64,000 nucleotides of DNA from positions 989 to 64,988 of the forward strand of contig JADFYE010000012.1 in assembly GCA_015233195.1 (NCBI GenBank), given 5' to 3'. This DNA comes from Candidatus Omnitrophota bacterium. Lineage in GTDB: Bacteria; Omnitrophota; Gorgyraeia; Zapsychrales; Zapsychraceae. Below, piece after piece: positions 19,348 to 29,581 of this stretch. The notes beneath the pieces were generated by a model. It did no database searches. It saw only the letters and a list, made by a program, of their open reading frames with translations, and had not been told where the DNA came from. A program made the position numbers and the translations under genes. The first letter of the stretch is position 1. Each line of letters starts with the position of its first letter.

Positions 19348-19923
19348 ATGAAACATTTTATATTAATTTATCTCCTAACATTTTTAATATTTTCTAATTT
19401 GGCTAATGCCCAAGAACCAACTGCTAATCCTAAAATCGTTTTAACTATTCAAGCTGACAAAACTGAATGCAAATTCGGAGATGAAATTACTTTTCATTTA
19501 GTATTTAAAAATTTATCCGGAGTTAATCAGTATCTTTTTATAAATAAAATATATCCGGCAAAAATTTTCCAGCTGCATAATGCCAAAGGTGATTTATTAG
19601 GCTGGCAACAAAATGTAATTTATGATGTGGCCTGGAATGTAAATGATTACAAACTTATATTTGATAATGGCGTTTACACGCAAGATATAACTGCCAAAAT
19701 AAAAGAATTGGACGGAAGGGTTATTCTAGATTTTAAAGATTCCAGAATTGTCCTTGATGAACTTGGTAGTTACACCGGTTCGATAGCTTATAAAGGCTGG
19801 GTCGGGACAACCAAAGATGAAACTACTGGTAAAGAGATAACTATTTGTGAAAAATATAAAATGAAAAACTGTTTTGATGGCGAACTAAAATCTAATGAGA
19901 TTAATTTTAAAATAATAAATTGA
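19348..19923 (+). CDS. Secreted hypothetical protein (191 aa)
   Basis: RBS AAGGAGGA and a signal peptide ending in ANA-QE. I recognised no family motif. Confidence 0.5.
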   Translation: MKHFILIYLLTFLIFSNLANAQEPTANPKIVLTIQADKTECKFGDEITFHLVFKNLSGVNQYLFINKIYPAKIFQLHNAKGDLLGWQQNVIYDVAWNVNDYKLIFDNGVYTQDITAKIKELDGRVILDFKDSRIVLDELGSYTGSIAYKGWVGTTKDETTGKEITICEKYKMKNCFDGELKSNEINFKIIN

Positions 19924-19929
19924 GGCAAT

Positions 19930-20514
19930 ATGTTAAAAAATATTTTATTAGCATTTGTACCGATATTTGTAGCAGTTGATGCTATAGGCGTATTGCCTAT
20001 ATTTATTGGAGTCACTAGCGGCTTGACTTCACCAGAACGATTAAAGATTATAAAATTATCTTTGGTTACTGCACTATCTTTAGCAATAAGTTTCATTTTT
20101 TTAGGAAAAGGGTTATTTAACCTTTTAGGAATAACTGTAGCTGATTTTATGATAGCTGGAGGAGCAATATTATTTTGTATTGCTTTAACTGATATTTTTC
20201 AAACCGAAAAAAAGCGCAATATTCCTACCGAAGAGATCGGCGCAGTTCCTATAGGCACGCCTTTGATCGTAGGTCCTGCAGTATTAACTACCTGTTTGAT
20301 TTGTATCGGACAATACGGCATAGTGCCAACTTTAATCGCGGTATTTATAAACGTACTTTTAGCAGGTATAATTTTCGCAAGCGCTGATATTTTATTAAAA
20401 TTTTTTGGACGTTCTGGCGCAGCAGCTTTATCTAAAATAATGGCACTTTTACTAGGCGCTATTGCGGTTATGATGATCCGTAAAGGAATTTTCGCGTTCA
20501 TAAATCCCGTATAA
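19930..20514 (+). CDS. MarC family (UPF0056) integral membrane protein
   Basis: 194 aa with six TM segments. The N-terminus FVPIFVAVDAIGVLPIF is typical of MarC/NAAT family proteins. Confidence 0.75.
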   Translation: MLKNILLAFVPIFVAVDAIGVLPIFIGVTSGLTSPERLKIIKLSLVTALSLAISFIFLGKGLFNLLGITVADFMIAGGAILFCIALTDIFQTEKKRNIPTEEIGAVPIGTPLIVGPAVLTTCLICIGQYGIVPTLIAVFINVLLAGIIFASADILLKFFGRSGAAALSKIMALLLGAIAVMMIRKGIFAFINPV

Positions 20515-20517
20515 ATT

Positions 20518-20847
20518 ATGCGCACAATAATCCTTTTAACAATTTCAAATATTTTTATGACCATGGCTTGGTATGGTCATTTAAAATATAAAAATTCGCC
20601 TCTATACTTAGCGATTTTAGTCAGCTGGCTGATTGCTTTCGTAGAATATTGCTTTCAAGTCCCAGCTAATCGATATGGTCATGGTCAATTCACTGCCGCA
20701 CAATTAAAAACTATTCAAGAAGTAATAACTCTAGTAGTGTTTTGCGTTTTTTCAGTTACTTATCTAAAAGAAGGTCTTAAGTGGAACTACCTCGTAGGTT
20801 TTCTCTTCATTATTATCGCCGTATTTTTTATTTTTAAGAAATGGTAA
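20518..20847 (+). CDS. Small DMT-like membrane protein (DUF486 family)
   Basis: 109 aa with 4 TM segments and the signature NIFMTMAWYGHLKY. Confidence 0.7.
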   Translation: MRTIILLTISNIFMTMAWYGHLKYKNSPLYLAILVSWLIAFVEYCFQVPANRYGHGQFTAAQLKTIQEVITLVVFCVFSVTYLKEGLKWNYLVGFLFIIIAVFFIFKKW

Positions 20848-20851
20848 ACAC

Positions 20852-20879
20852 TTGCCATAATTAATTTTTATGTTAAAAT
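20852..20879 (+). promoter_or_regulatory. Candidate promoter for the 584-aa gene
   Basis: TTGCCA (20852-57), a 16-nt spacer, then TAAAAT (20874-79). Confidence 0.35.
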
Positions 20880-20948
20880 ATCGCCCGTAATTGAAGCCGT
20901 TAACCACGTAGGGTTCAGGATTGATAAGAATACAGGAGAAGATTTATT

Positions 20949-22703
20949 ATGCCGCAAATTCAATTTGAAACTTTAGACCGTAAAATAATAATTCGGATAA
21001 AAGACCGTATCTGTGAAACCCCGGAAGAACTTTTAAACAGCAGTCTATTCCGCCATATAGTTAAAGAAGCCATAATTGAATTAAACAAACATGATTCATA
21101 TTTATTAGCTATTTTTCCAGTCAAAGACGCTGGCAGGGAAGAAATTAATATATTGATAGAAACATTTCGCTTTTTGGTAAAAATGCCAGCTGCCCTGGTT
21201 CCCAATGTAGTTAAAGAATCCGCTCCATTTTTTAAAAATAAATCCTTGTTTAATGAATTTGTTGAGTACATATACAATTATTGGCGCAACTTTGATCGTT
21301 TTATAATTTGTGAATCGCCAGAAGGCACTGTAGAAAATCGACCATATCGCGTATTTAACAATACAGTTGAACACCTGACTCATTTGGTTAGAGCAGTATA
21401 TCGTGACATACAAGAAAATATTACCGGAGAACATCCAAATATTTTCCGTCAAGTTCGCGCTGGTGCTGAAATAGCTACTATTGCAGTCCCGCAAAAATTG
21501 CCTTTTCGTTCAAGTGTATATAAAAAATTAGATGCAGTTCCAATGATACGTCAGGTTTTATTATATCCGCCGTTAATATTAAATCCTCCGATGAATAAAC
21601 GTACTGGAAAATATGAAAAAATAACGGTAAACCCTTTAGAAAAAGTAAGCATTATTTCTAACGAGTGGCTATGCTATCCGGCAAAAGTTGGATCGTTGAT
21701 TATCTGGATATATTTTCATCAAAAGTTTGCTGAGTTAGGTTTTTCTTTATGTAATTTATTTGAATTAGCAACCGGCAAAGATTTGGAACGTAAACCCGAC
21801 GGCATTTATTGTTTTGGGGTAGACCGATCTTCGATAGAAGGCTTAGGTTCATCATTTAACATATTTCATGAAGATAAAAAGAATGATGTTTTAGTGGCGG
21901 CTTGCCCCAACGATGACGAGTTTGGATATTTTGGCTATTTAAAGAAAATGGTATTAACTTTGCATAACGCAATAATGATGAATCGCGGCATATTCCCGTA
22001 TCATGGCGCTATGGTAAGAATCATTTTACCTAAAAACAAAATCGTCACAGTTTTATTAATTGGAGATACTGGAGCAGGAAAATCAGAAACATTAGAAGCT
22101 TTGAGAGACTTAGGCAAAGATGTCATAAAAGACATGGTAATAATTGCTGATGATATGGGTTCAATACAAATCGACAGTAAAGGTCAAGCCTTGGGTTATG
22201 GTACTGAAATCGGCGCATTCTTGAGACTAGATGACCTCAGACCAGGTTATGCATTTGGTCAAATGGATCGGGCTATAATTATGAATCCAAATAAAGTTAA
22301 CGCGCGTATTGTAATCCCGGTTACAACATTTGAAAAATTAAATACCGGATATCCAGTTAATATGGTGCTTTATGCAAATAATTATGAGGAAGCTGATGAG
22401 GAGCACCCAATAGTCGAGCAATTCGTTAATGTTGACCAAGCGTTGAAAATTTTCCGTGAAGGCACTGTAATGAGTAAAGGTACTACAACTTCAACCGGTA
22501 TAGTTCATTCCTATTTTGCAAATATATTCGGTCCGCCACAATATAAAGAACTCCATGATCAATTAGCCCAAAAATATTTTAACGCGTTCTTTAAGAAAAA
22601 ACTTTTTGTAGGTCAGTTCCGTACCCGATTAGGAATTAACGGTTACGAACGTAAAGGACCTGAAGAAGCAGCTAAAGCGTTACTGGAGTTGATTGCAAAA
22701 TAG
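20949..22703 (+). CDS. Uncharacterised 584-aa protein with a C-terminal HPr-kinase/PEPCK-like P-loop domain
   Basis: RBS AGGAGAAG. The P-loop LLIGDTGAGKSETLEAL (GDTGAGKS at 22062-22085) followed by IIADDMG resembles the HprK core GDSGIGKSE...ADD. I did not recognise the N-terminal ~340 aa. Confidence 0.55.
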   Translation: MPQIQFETLDRKIIIRIKDRICETPEELLNSSLFRHIVKEAIIELNKHDSYLLAIFPVKDAGREEINILIETFRFLVKMPAALVPNVVKESAPFFKNKSLFNEFVEYIYNYWRNFDRFIICESPEGTVENRPYRVFNNTVEHLTHLVRAVYRDIQENITGEHPNIFRQVRAGAEIATIAVPQKLPFRSSVYKKLDAVPMIRQVLLYPPLILNPPMNKRTGKYEKITVNPLEKVSIISNEWLCYPAKVGSLIIWIYFHQKFAELGFSLCNLFELATGKDLERKPDGIYCFGVDRSSIEGLGSSFNIFHEDKKNDVLVAACPNDDEFGYFGYLKKMVLTLHNAIMMNRGIFPYHGAMVRIILPKNKIVTVLLIGDTGAGKSETLEALRDLGKDVIKDMVIIADDMGSIQIDSKGQALGYGTEIGAFLRLDDLRPGYAFGQMDRAIIMNPNKVNARIVIPVTTFEKLNTGYPVNMVLYANNYEEADEEHPIVEQFVNVDQALKIFREGTVMSKGTTTSTGIVHSYFANIFGPPQYKELHDQLAQKYFNAFFKKKLFVGQFRTRLGINGYERKGPEEAAKALLELIAK

Positions 22704-22720
22704 AAAATTTGCGGTAGAAA

Positions 22721-24469
22721 ATGTCAAATATTCCGTTTGTATTTTTAGATTCAGCAGTTACAGACGCACAAAATAAAAATTCTTACCTGTTCGCAAATCC
22801 AGTCGAGATACTGACTGCTTACACCACTTCTGAAGTAAAACTAATATTTGAAAAAATTGACCAATTATCTAACAAATTCTGGATAGCTGGTTTTATTTCA
22901 TACGAAACCTTATATGCTTTTCACCCTAAAATTAAACATAAAAAAATATCAGCCACACCTTTACTATGGCTTGGAGTATTTAAAACCCCCAAAAAATATA
23001 ATCCTAATATAACAACTAATCTTTTGAACTCTACAAAATTTGAACTAAGTAATGACATTTCCTTTAATGAGTACAACCGCACCTTTTCTAAAATTAAAAA
23101 ATATCTATTTAACGGATATACGTATCAGGTAAATTATACTTTTGATTGTATCTTGAAAACTAATTTGAACGGTTTAACGCTATATCAACATCTGCGCCAA
23201 AAACAACCAACTGCTTACTGCGCCTATATTGATACTGGTAAAAACCAAATTATGTCGTTTTCACCTGAATTATTCTTTAGACGAGAAAATAGAATTATAA
23301 CTGCCAAACCCATGAAAGGCACAATTTCTAGGGGCAGATCATTTGCTGATGATAAACAAGCTAAAAATATATTAACCAATGACATTAAAAATCGCGCTGA
23401 AAATCTTATGATCGTTGATCTTTTGCGTAATGACCTGGGGAAAATTTGTGATACTGGTACAGTTAAAGTTAAAAATATGTTTAAACTAGAATCTCACCCT
23501 ACTTTACATCAAATGACATCAACTATAGAAGGCTGTTTAAAAAGAAAAATCAGATACCACGATATTTTTGCAAGTTTATTTCCATGCGGCTCTGTTACAG
23601 GCGCACCCAAATTAAAGACTATGCAAATTATTCAAAAAATTGAAAATGGACAGCGAGGCGTATATTGCGGCGCAATCGGCTATATCTCACCTAAAAATAA
23701 AGCAGTATTTAACGTTCCGATCCGAACCCTCGAGAAAAATAATTCTCAGCAAAACTGGAAGCTAAGAGTAGGCAGCGGTATAGTGTGGGACTCCGATCCT
23801 AAAAAAGAATGGGAAGAATGTTTATTAAAATCAAGTTTTGTGGTCAACACCAAATTATCCAAATTTGAAATTTTTGAAACCATACGAATAAAAAATAAAA
23901 AATTTACATATCTGTCTAACCATTTGCGTCGTTTACGAGCATCTTGCGAATATTTTAAATACCCGTATTCAACACAAAAAATAAATGCAATCATAAAAAA
24001 TATGACTGCTAACATAGATAATGGTCTGTGTGCAGTACGCATTATCATAAATGCTGACGGCTGTATCAATTGGGATAAACGAAGCATATCAGACACTATA
24101 TCATCCGCTAAAATAGTCATAGCAGAACAGCGACTTGATCGAAATAATATTTTTCTATTCCATAAAACTACCTATCGCCCCTGGTATAGTGCGTTATTCA
24201 ATTCAGATAAAACAGAAATTTTTGATTACATATTTTTAAATGAATACGACGAAGTATGTGAGGGAAGCAGAACAAATATATTTGCTCAAATAAATGGTAA
24301 ACTTTACACCCCGCCTATTACCTGTGGTTTATTGCCTGGTATTTTACGCCAACGCCTTATCCAGCAAGGCAAATGCAAAGAAAGAATTCTCACACTCAAA
24401 GACCTAAAAAAAGCTAAAGCAATATACTGTGGAAATTCTGTACGCGGATTAGTTAAGGTAAAATTATAG
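22721..24469 (+). CDS. pabB: Fused aminodeoxychorismate synthase component I (PabB-like) and class-IV aminotransferase-fold aminodeoxychorismate lyase (PabC-like)
   Basis: Chorismate-binding core (PELFFRRENRIITAKPMKGT, NLMIVDLLRNDLGKIC, GSVTGAPK, RGVYCGAIGY). It is followed by about 200 aa with a PabC/IlvE-like C-terminus (SRTNIFAQINGKLYTPPITCGLLPGILR). Confidence 0.8.
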   Translation: MSNIPFVFLDSAVTDAQNKNSYLFANPVEILTAYTTSEVKLIFEKIDQLSNKFWIAGFISYETLYAFHPKIKHKKISATPLLWLGVFKTPKKYNPNITTNLLNSTKFELSNDISFNEYNRTFSKIKKYLFNGYTYQVNYTFDCILKTNLNGLTLYQHLRQKQPTAYCAYIDTGKNQIMSFSPELFFRRENRIITAKPMKGTISRGRSFADDKQAKNILTNDIKNRAENLMIVDLLRNDLGKICDTGTVKVKNMFKLESHPTLHQMTSTIEGCLKRKIRYHDIFASLFPCGSVTGAPKLKTMQIIQKIENGQRGVYCGAIGYISPKNKAVFNVPIRTLEKNNSQQNWKLRVGSGIVWDSDPKKEWEECLLKSSFVVNTKLSKFEIFETIRIKNKKFTYLSNHLRRLRASCEYFKYPYSTQKINAIIKNMTANIDNGLCAVRIIINADGCINWDKRSISDTISSAKIVIAEQRLDRNNIFLFHKTTYRPWYSALFNSDKTEIFDYIFLNEYDEVCEGSRTNIFAQINGKLYTPPITCGLLPGILRQRLIQQGKCKERILTLKDLKKAKAIYCGNSVRGLVKVKL

Positions 24470-24490
24470 ATAAAAAAATTTCTTGACAAA

Positions 24491-24509
24491 TGATACTAAT
24501 ATGGTATCC
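24491..24509. promoter_or_regulatory. Palindromic operator candidate 1 (TGATAC-N7-GTATCC) in the rrf2 promoter
   Basis: It lies just downstream of TTGACA (24483-88). It shares the extended left arm AATGATACTA with the site at 24937-24955. Confidence 0.45.
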
Positions 24510-24516
24510 TTTGGAT

Positions 24517-24918
24517 ATGAAGCTGATAAACAAAAATACTGATTACGCGGTACAAGCGCTTTTTTATATAAGCCAAAAAACTCCAAACATTATTTCTACA
24601 GTTGAAGTTGAAAAACAGCTTAATTTACCCCGTCCATTTATACGTAAAATTCTACAAAATCTAACCAAAGCCGGATATTTATCATCAAGTAAAGGCAGTG
24701 GAGGAGGGTTTACTATTGCCCGTCCGTTAGATGACATATATTTACTTGACCTAATGCAGTTATTCCAAGGCAGACTTGCATTTACTGATTGTTCATTTCA
24801 AAAGAAAGTTTGTCCGAACGCGGGGCATTGTCCCTTAAGGCGTAGAATCAAAACAATAGAAGATACAGTATTACATGAATTAAAAGGTGTGTCTTTGGCT
24901 GAATTAACGAAAAAATAA
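24517..24918 (+). CDS. Rrf2 family transcriptional regulator (NsrR/IscR-like, Cys-containing)
   Basis: N-terminus MKLINKNTDYAVQALFYIS (wHTH) and C-terminal cysteines (CSFQKKVCPNAGHCPL). The start was moved from 24490 because the upstream codons overlap the operator/promoter. Confidence 0.85.
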   Translation: MKLINKNTDYAVQALFYISQKTPNIISTVEVEKQLNLPRPFIRKILQNLTKAGYLSSSKGSGGGFTIARPLDDIYLLDLMQLFQGRLAFTDCSFQKKVCPNAGHCPLRRRIKTIEDTVLHELKGVSLAELTKK

Positions 24919-24936
24919 AAAATTTTTAATTTTTAA

Positions 24937-24955
24937 TGATACTACTGCAGTATCA
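24937..24955. promoter_or_regulatory. Palindromic operator candidate 2 (TGATAC-N7-GTATCA) upstream of the ferredoxin-hcp genes
   Basis: Perfect 6-bp arms with a 7-bp spacer, and the same AATGATACTA left arm as site 1. It sits 11 nt upstream of the probable start at 24966. Confidence 0.45.
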
Positions 24956-24965
24956 GAAAGGTTAT

Positions 24966-25784
24966 ATGCAGCGTAATATAATAGTTATAGATGAAGCTAA
25001 ATGCAATGGATGCGGTCAATGCGCCCAAGGCTGTCCTGAAGGCGCAATCCAAATGGTTAATGGTAAAGCTAAATTAGTGAGCGAGAATTACTGTGATGGA
25101 TTAGGCGCATGTGTTGGACATTGTCCGGTTGATGCGATTAAAGTAGTTAAAAAAGATGTGGAAAATTATGATGAACGTCTTGTTATGGAGAAAAGCATAA
25201 TTCCGCAAGGCAGTCAAATGATCAACGCCCATTTAGAACATTTAAAAGAACATGCTCAGCATGAGTATTTAGCAATTGCATTAGAAACTTTAAAAGCGAA
25301 AGGGTTTGATATGAGTGAATTTATCCAATCAGTTATACCAGCAAAAACTCCGTGCGGATGCCCAGGATCACAAATGCGCGAACTGAAACCATCCGTAACC
25401 CCAGGGGTTACGGGAAGGTCGGAGCTATCTCAATGGCCGATTCAATTACATCTGGTCAATCCAACTGCACCTTACTTTAATAACTCAGATTTATTAATAT
25501 CTGCTGACTGCGCGCCATACGCGTACGCAAATTACCATCAAAAATTTTTAAAAGGTAAAAAAGTTATTACACTATGTCCTAAACTAGACAATAGTCAGGA
25601 TGTTTATGTTGAAAAATTAACAGAAATTTTAAAACATAATAATATTAAATCGATTGCCACAGTCAGAATGGAAGTGCCTTGCTGCGCTGGTACTACCCAA
25701 ATAGTGGAAGAGGCGATAAGCCGCTCAGGGAAACGGTTGGTTTTAAAAGAATTTGTTATATCAATAGATGGGGAGTTAATGTAA
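24966..25784 (+). CDS. 4Fe-4S dicluster ferredoxin-domain protein (hcp-associated)
   Basis: CNGCGQCAQGCP and CDGLGACVGHCP cluster motifs, plus a Cys-containing C-terminal domain. The start was chosen at MQRNIIVIDE after AAAGG. Confidence 0.8.
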   Translation: MQRNIIVIDEAKCNGCGQCAQGCPEGAIQMVNGKAKLVSENYCDGLGACVGHCPVDAIKVVKKDVENYDERLVMEKSIIPQGSQMINAHLEHLKEHAQHEYLAIALETLKAKGFDMSEFIQSVIPAKTPCGCPGSQMRELKPSVTPGVTGRSELSQWPIQLHLVNPTAPYFNNSDLLISADCAPYAYANYHQKFLKGKKVITLCPKLDNSQDVYVEKLTEILKHNNIKSIATVRMEVPCCAGTTQIVEEAISRSGKRLVLKEFVISIDGELM

Positions 25785-25850
25785 CTATTGGCGTATAGAT
25801 TTTAATAAAAATATAAGTATAATGAATTTAATTATAACTAGGAGGGTAAA

Positions 25851-27470
25851 ATGTTCTGTTTTCAATGTCAAGAAACTGCAAAAAATCAAGGCTGTACAAT
25901 CAAAGGGGTATGCGGCAAATTAGATCAAACTGCATGTCTTCAAGATCTCTTAATATATACTTGCAAAGGTATATCTTGTGTAGCGCAAAAAGTTAAACCT
26001 GACATATCTATAGGTCGATTTGTTACTAAAGCAATGTTCGCAACTATCACAAATGCCAATTTTGACGACGATCGTATTGTTTCTTTGATCAAAGAAGGAC
26101 TTCAAGTAAGGGATAATTTAAAAAGACAAGTTGAAAATTGTTCTGCAAAGTGTCCGGATTGCGTTTCCTGGTCTGCAGATACAAAAGAAGCAATGTATGA
26201 AAAAGCCAAAGCTATTGGTGTATTATCAACCAGCAATGAAGATGTCCGTTCTTTACGGGAACTTTTAACCTATGGTATAAAAGGAATTTCTGCTTACGCG
26301 TCACACGCCGCGCATTTAGGCTATGAAGATGAAACCATCTATTCATTTATTTTTGAAGGTCTGGCATCAACTGTGCACGATTTAAGTGTGGATCAAATGG
26401 TTGGGCTGGTCATGAAATGCGGGCAAACTGCAGTAACTACTATGGCTTTGTTAGATAAAGCAAACTCGAACACCTACGGTAAACCCGAGCTTACAAAAGT
26501 AAATATCGGGGTAAGAAATAATCCCGGTATCCTAATTTCTGGTCATGACCTAAAAGATATGGAAGAGTTATTAAAACAAACTGAAGGTACTGGAATTGAT
26601 GTTTATACCCACAGTGAAATGCTTCCTGCAAATTATTATCCGGCATTCAAAAAATACAGCAATTTTGTTGGAAATTACGGCGGATCGTGGTGGAAACAAG
26701 CAGATGAATTTGATACTTTCAATGGCGTGATTTTAATGACTACAAACTGTATTGTTCCGGTCAGGGATTCTTATAAAAATCGCATATTTACGACTGGCAT
26801 GGCAGGGTACCCAGGAGTTACACATATTCCAGAACCTGCAGAAGGTAAAAAGAAAGATTTTTCAGCAATAATCTCTTTAGCTAAAAAATGTCCTGCTCCA
26901 AAAGAAATTGAAAAAGGCGAGATTATAGGTGGATTCGCTCATGATCAAGTATTAGCTTTAGCTGATAAAGTAGTCGCAGCGGTAAAGTCAGGGGCTATTA
27001 AACGTTTTATTGTTATGGCTGGCTGTGATGGACGCCATCCTTCGCGTAAATATTTTTCTGATGTGGCAGAAGCATTGCCAAAAGATACTATTATCTTAAC
27101 TGCAGGCTGTGCCAAATATCGCTACAATAAATTGAATTTAGGTGATATTGGCGGCATTCCTAGAGTATTAGACGCTGGACAATGTAATGATTCATATTCA
27201 TTAGCTGTAATCGCGCTAAAATTAAAAGAAGTTTTTGGATTAACTGATGTTAATCAATTACCTTTATCATTTGATATTGCTTGGTATGAACAAAAAGCTG
27301 TTGCGGTTTTATTAGCAGTTTTATCACTGGGATTTAAAAATATACGACTGGGACCGACTTTACCAGCGTTTTTATCACCGAATGTAGTAAAGGTTTTGGT
27401 AGAAAAGTTTGACATTAAACCGGTAACTGAACCAAAATCTGATGTTGAGGCAATGGTTGCTGGAAAATAA
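25851..27470 (+). CDS. hcp: Hybrid cluster protein / hydroxylamine reductase
   Basis: Canonical N-terminus [23 protein letters not shown]. The length (539 aa) fits, and RBS AGGAGGG is present. Confidence 0.95.
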   Translation: MFCFQCQETAKNQGCTIKGVCGKLDQTACLQDLLIYTCKGISCVAQKVKPDISIGRFVTKAMFATITNANFDDDRIVSLIKEGLQVRDNLKRQVENCSAKCPDCVSWSADTKEAMYEKAKAIGVLSTSNEDVRSLRELLTYGIKGISAYASHAAHLGYEDETIYSFIFEGLASTVHDLSVDQMVGLVMKCGQTAVTTMALLDKANSNTYGKPELTKVNIGVRNNPGILISGHDLKDMEELLKQTEGTGIDVYTHSEMLPANYYPAFKKYSNFVGNYGGSWWKQADEFDTFNGVILMTTNCIVPVRDSYKNRIFTTGMAGYPGVTHIPEPAEGKKKDFSAIISLAKKCPAPKEIEKGEIIGGFAHDQVLALADKVVAAVKSGAIKRFIVMAGCDGRHPSRKYFSDVAEALPKDTIILTAGCAKYRYNKLNLGDIGGIPRVLDAGQCNDSYSLAVIALKLKEVFGLTDVNQLPLSFDIAWYEQKAVAVLLAVLSLGFKNIRLGPTLPAFLSPNVVKVLVEKFDIKPVTEPKSDVEAMVAGK

Positions 27471-27482
27471 GAAGTCCTACTT

Positions 27483-29558
27483 ATGAAAAACTTTTTTATT
27501 TTTCAATATGATTATGTTTATTTTTTTTATGGTTTCGCTTTTTTATTATTATCATTTTTGTGTTTTAGCCTTAGCCGAGACCGTGAACAAATTCTGCCTT
27601 GGGTTTGGTTAGGTTTATTTGGTTTTATTCACGGATTAAACGAATGGATGGAAATTTTTAAAATTGACAATGGAATAAATGTAATTTTTTCAGTTATACA
27701 TCTAACCATTTTATTTGCTTCATACGTATGTTTTTTAGAATTTGCTATAATTAGTTTTAAATTTCAAAAAAAAATATTTCCACGCCTATTGATATACTCA
27801 GTTCTGCTGCCTTTAGTAATTAGCGGTATTAAAGGCGGCTTAACTGGTGTAAATATAACTACTAGATATTTTATAGGCTTTCCCGCAGGTATATTATCGT
27901 CCTGGGTTATTTTTTCAGCTTCAAAATTAAATCCAACTAAAGGAAAGCCCTTAAAAATTTTAAGTGTTTGTTTATTTTTATACGCAATTCTATCTGGACT
28001 AATTGTTTCTAAAGCTAATTTTTTATTAGCACCCTGGCTAAACTCGGATGTTTTTTTTGATAAAACTGGTATACCGATTCAATTCGCCCGAGCAATATTA
28101 GCGTTAGTCTCAGCTATGGCTTTATGGTTTTACCCATATAATCCAACAAAAATTGATTTTTTATCCAAGAAGCCGTTGATTTATTGGAAACCTTCCAAAT
28201 GGATAATTTTAATAACTTTAGTTTTTTTTATTTCTGCAGGCTGGATTTTTACAAATTATTTAGACTACTACGCAGGGATGCAGTTAATTCAAAAAAGCCG
28301 GGAAAATAAATATTCATCATTTAACATTTTAATAAAAGAATTAGCCCAATTAGAATTAATCGCTAATACCATCAGCAAATCAATACCAGTAAAAACCGCG
28401 CTTTTAACTCGCCAAGATCACTATAAAGCAGATGCCTTAGTCATGGTTAATGATTATATGAAAAAATTTACTGGCGCAGAATGTTTCTTACTGGATTTGG
28501 AGGGCAAGCTAATATTTAAAAGCGGAGACACATCATTTGAAAACAAAGATTATCCATCATTTACTTATACACCATATTTTAAAAAAGCAATAGAAGGCAA
28601 AACTGGTTATTATTTTACTCTTGGTGCTATTTATACCCAAAGAGTTTATTACGTAAGCTTTCCTATAAAAGCTGATGATACTAAAATTATTGGCGTAGTC
28701 GTTCTTAAAAAAAATATATCTGCATCACCTATAATTCGCTATCGTTTATTAAGTATTTTTTTCACTATGGTCGTTTGTATATTAACAGTTTTGTTTTTCA
28801 TTGCATTAAAGCGGAGAGAAACCATAATTGCGCTTGTTAATGAAATGAATGAAAAATTAAATTCAGTTGATAAAATGAAAAATGATTTTGTTGCAATTGT
28901 ATCTCATGAGTTACGAACACCATTAACATCGATAAAAAATGCCGCAACAATTTTATTAAAAGACAAAACCTTTCAACGTTTAGAAGATGAGGAACGTAAA
29001 GAATTCTTAGAAATGATCTTAAACAATACCGACAGACTGGCATATATTGTCAGCGATCTTTTAGATATATCAAAAATAGAAGCAGGTGTTCTTAAAATAT
29101 ATAAAGTACCCTCAAATATATTTTTATTAGCAAAAGATGTAATTAATAATTTACAAAATTTTGCGAATGAAAAACACATTAAACTAAATATACAGACAGA
29201 TAAAGAATTAATTATTTTACAGATCGATCCTGAAAAAACCCGAAGAATTTTTATGAATTTAATTCATAATGCCATAAAATTTACCCCGGAAGGCGGGAAA
29301 ATTACAATTAAATTTGCTGAAACTGTAAATGAAGTTCAGATCTGCGTTTCTGATACCGGCATCGGAATGTCTAAAGAAGATACAGAAAAAATATTTAATA
29401 AATTTTTTCAATCATCGGATTCCAGAGTACAACAGGAAAGCGGTAGTGGATTGGGATTAGCCATTACTCAAGGATTAATTGAACTGCAAGGCGGTAAAAT
29501 TTGGGTTAAATCTGTACTTAATGAAGGCAGCTCATTTTATTTTACGTTTCCGGTTTGA
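27483..29558 (+). CDS. Sensor histidine kinase with a polytopic N-terminal domain and an extracytoplasmic sensor domain
   Basis: H-box VSHELRTPLTSI, N/G boxes (HNAIKFTPEGG, DTGIGM, GSGLGLAI), and about 8 N-terminal TM helices. Confidence 0.9.
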   Translation: MKNFFIFQYDYVYFFYGFAFLLLSFLCFSLSRDREQILPWVWLGLFGFIHGLNEWMEIFKIDNGINVIFSVIHLTILFASYVCFLEFAIISFKFQKKIFPRLLIYSVLLPLVISGIKGGLTGVNITTRYFIGFPAGILSSWVIFSASKLNPTKGKPLKILSVCLFLYAILSGLIVSKANFLLAPWLNSDVFFDKTGIPIQFARAILALVSAMALWFYPYNPTKIDFLSKKPLIYWKPSKWIILITLVFFISAGWIFTNYLDYYAGMQLIQKSRENKYSSFNILIKELAQLELIANTISKSIPVKTALLTRQDHYKADALVMVNDYMKKFTGAECFLLDLEGKLIFKSGDTSFENKDYPSFTYTPYFKKAIEGKTGYYFTLGAIYTQRVYYVSFPIKADDTKIIGVVVLKKNISASPIIRYRLLSIFFTMVVCILTVLFFIALKRRETIIALVNEMNEKLNSVDKMKNDFVAIVSHELRTPLTSIKNAATILLKDKTFQRLEDEERKEFLEMILNNTDRLAYIVSDLLDISKIEAGVLKIYKVPSNIFLLAKDVINNLQNFANEKHIKLNIQTDKELIILQIDPEKTRRIFMNLIHNAIKFTPEGGKITIKFAETVNEVQICVSDTGIGMSKEDTEKIFNKFFQSSDSRVQQESGSGLGLAITQGLIELQGGKIWVKSVLNEGSSFYFTFPV

Positions 29559-29581
29559 AATAACTAAAAGAGGGGGTAATT

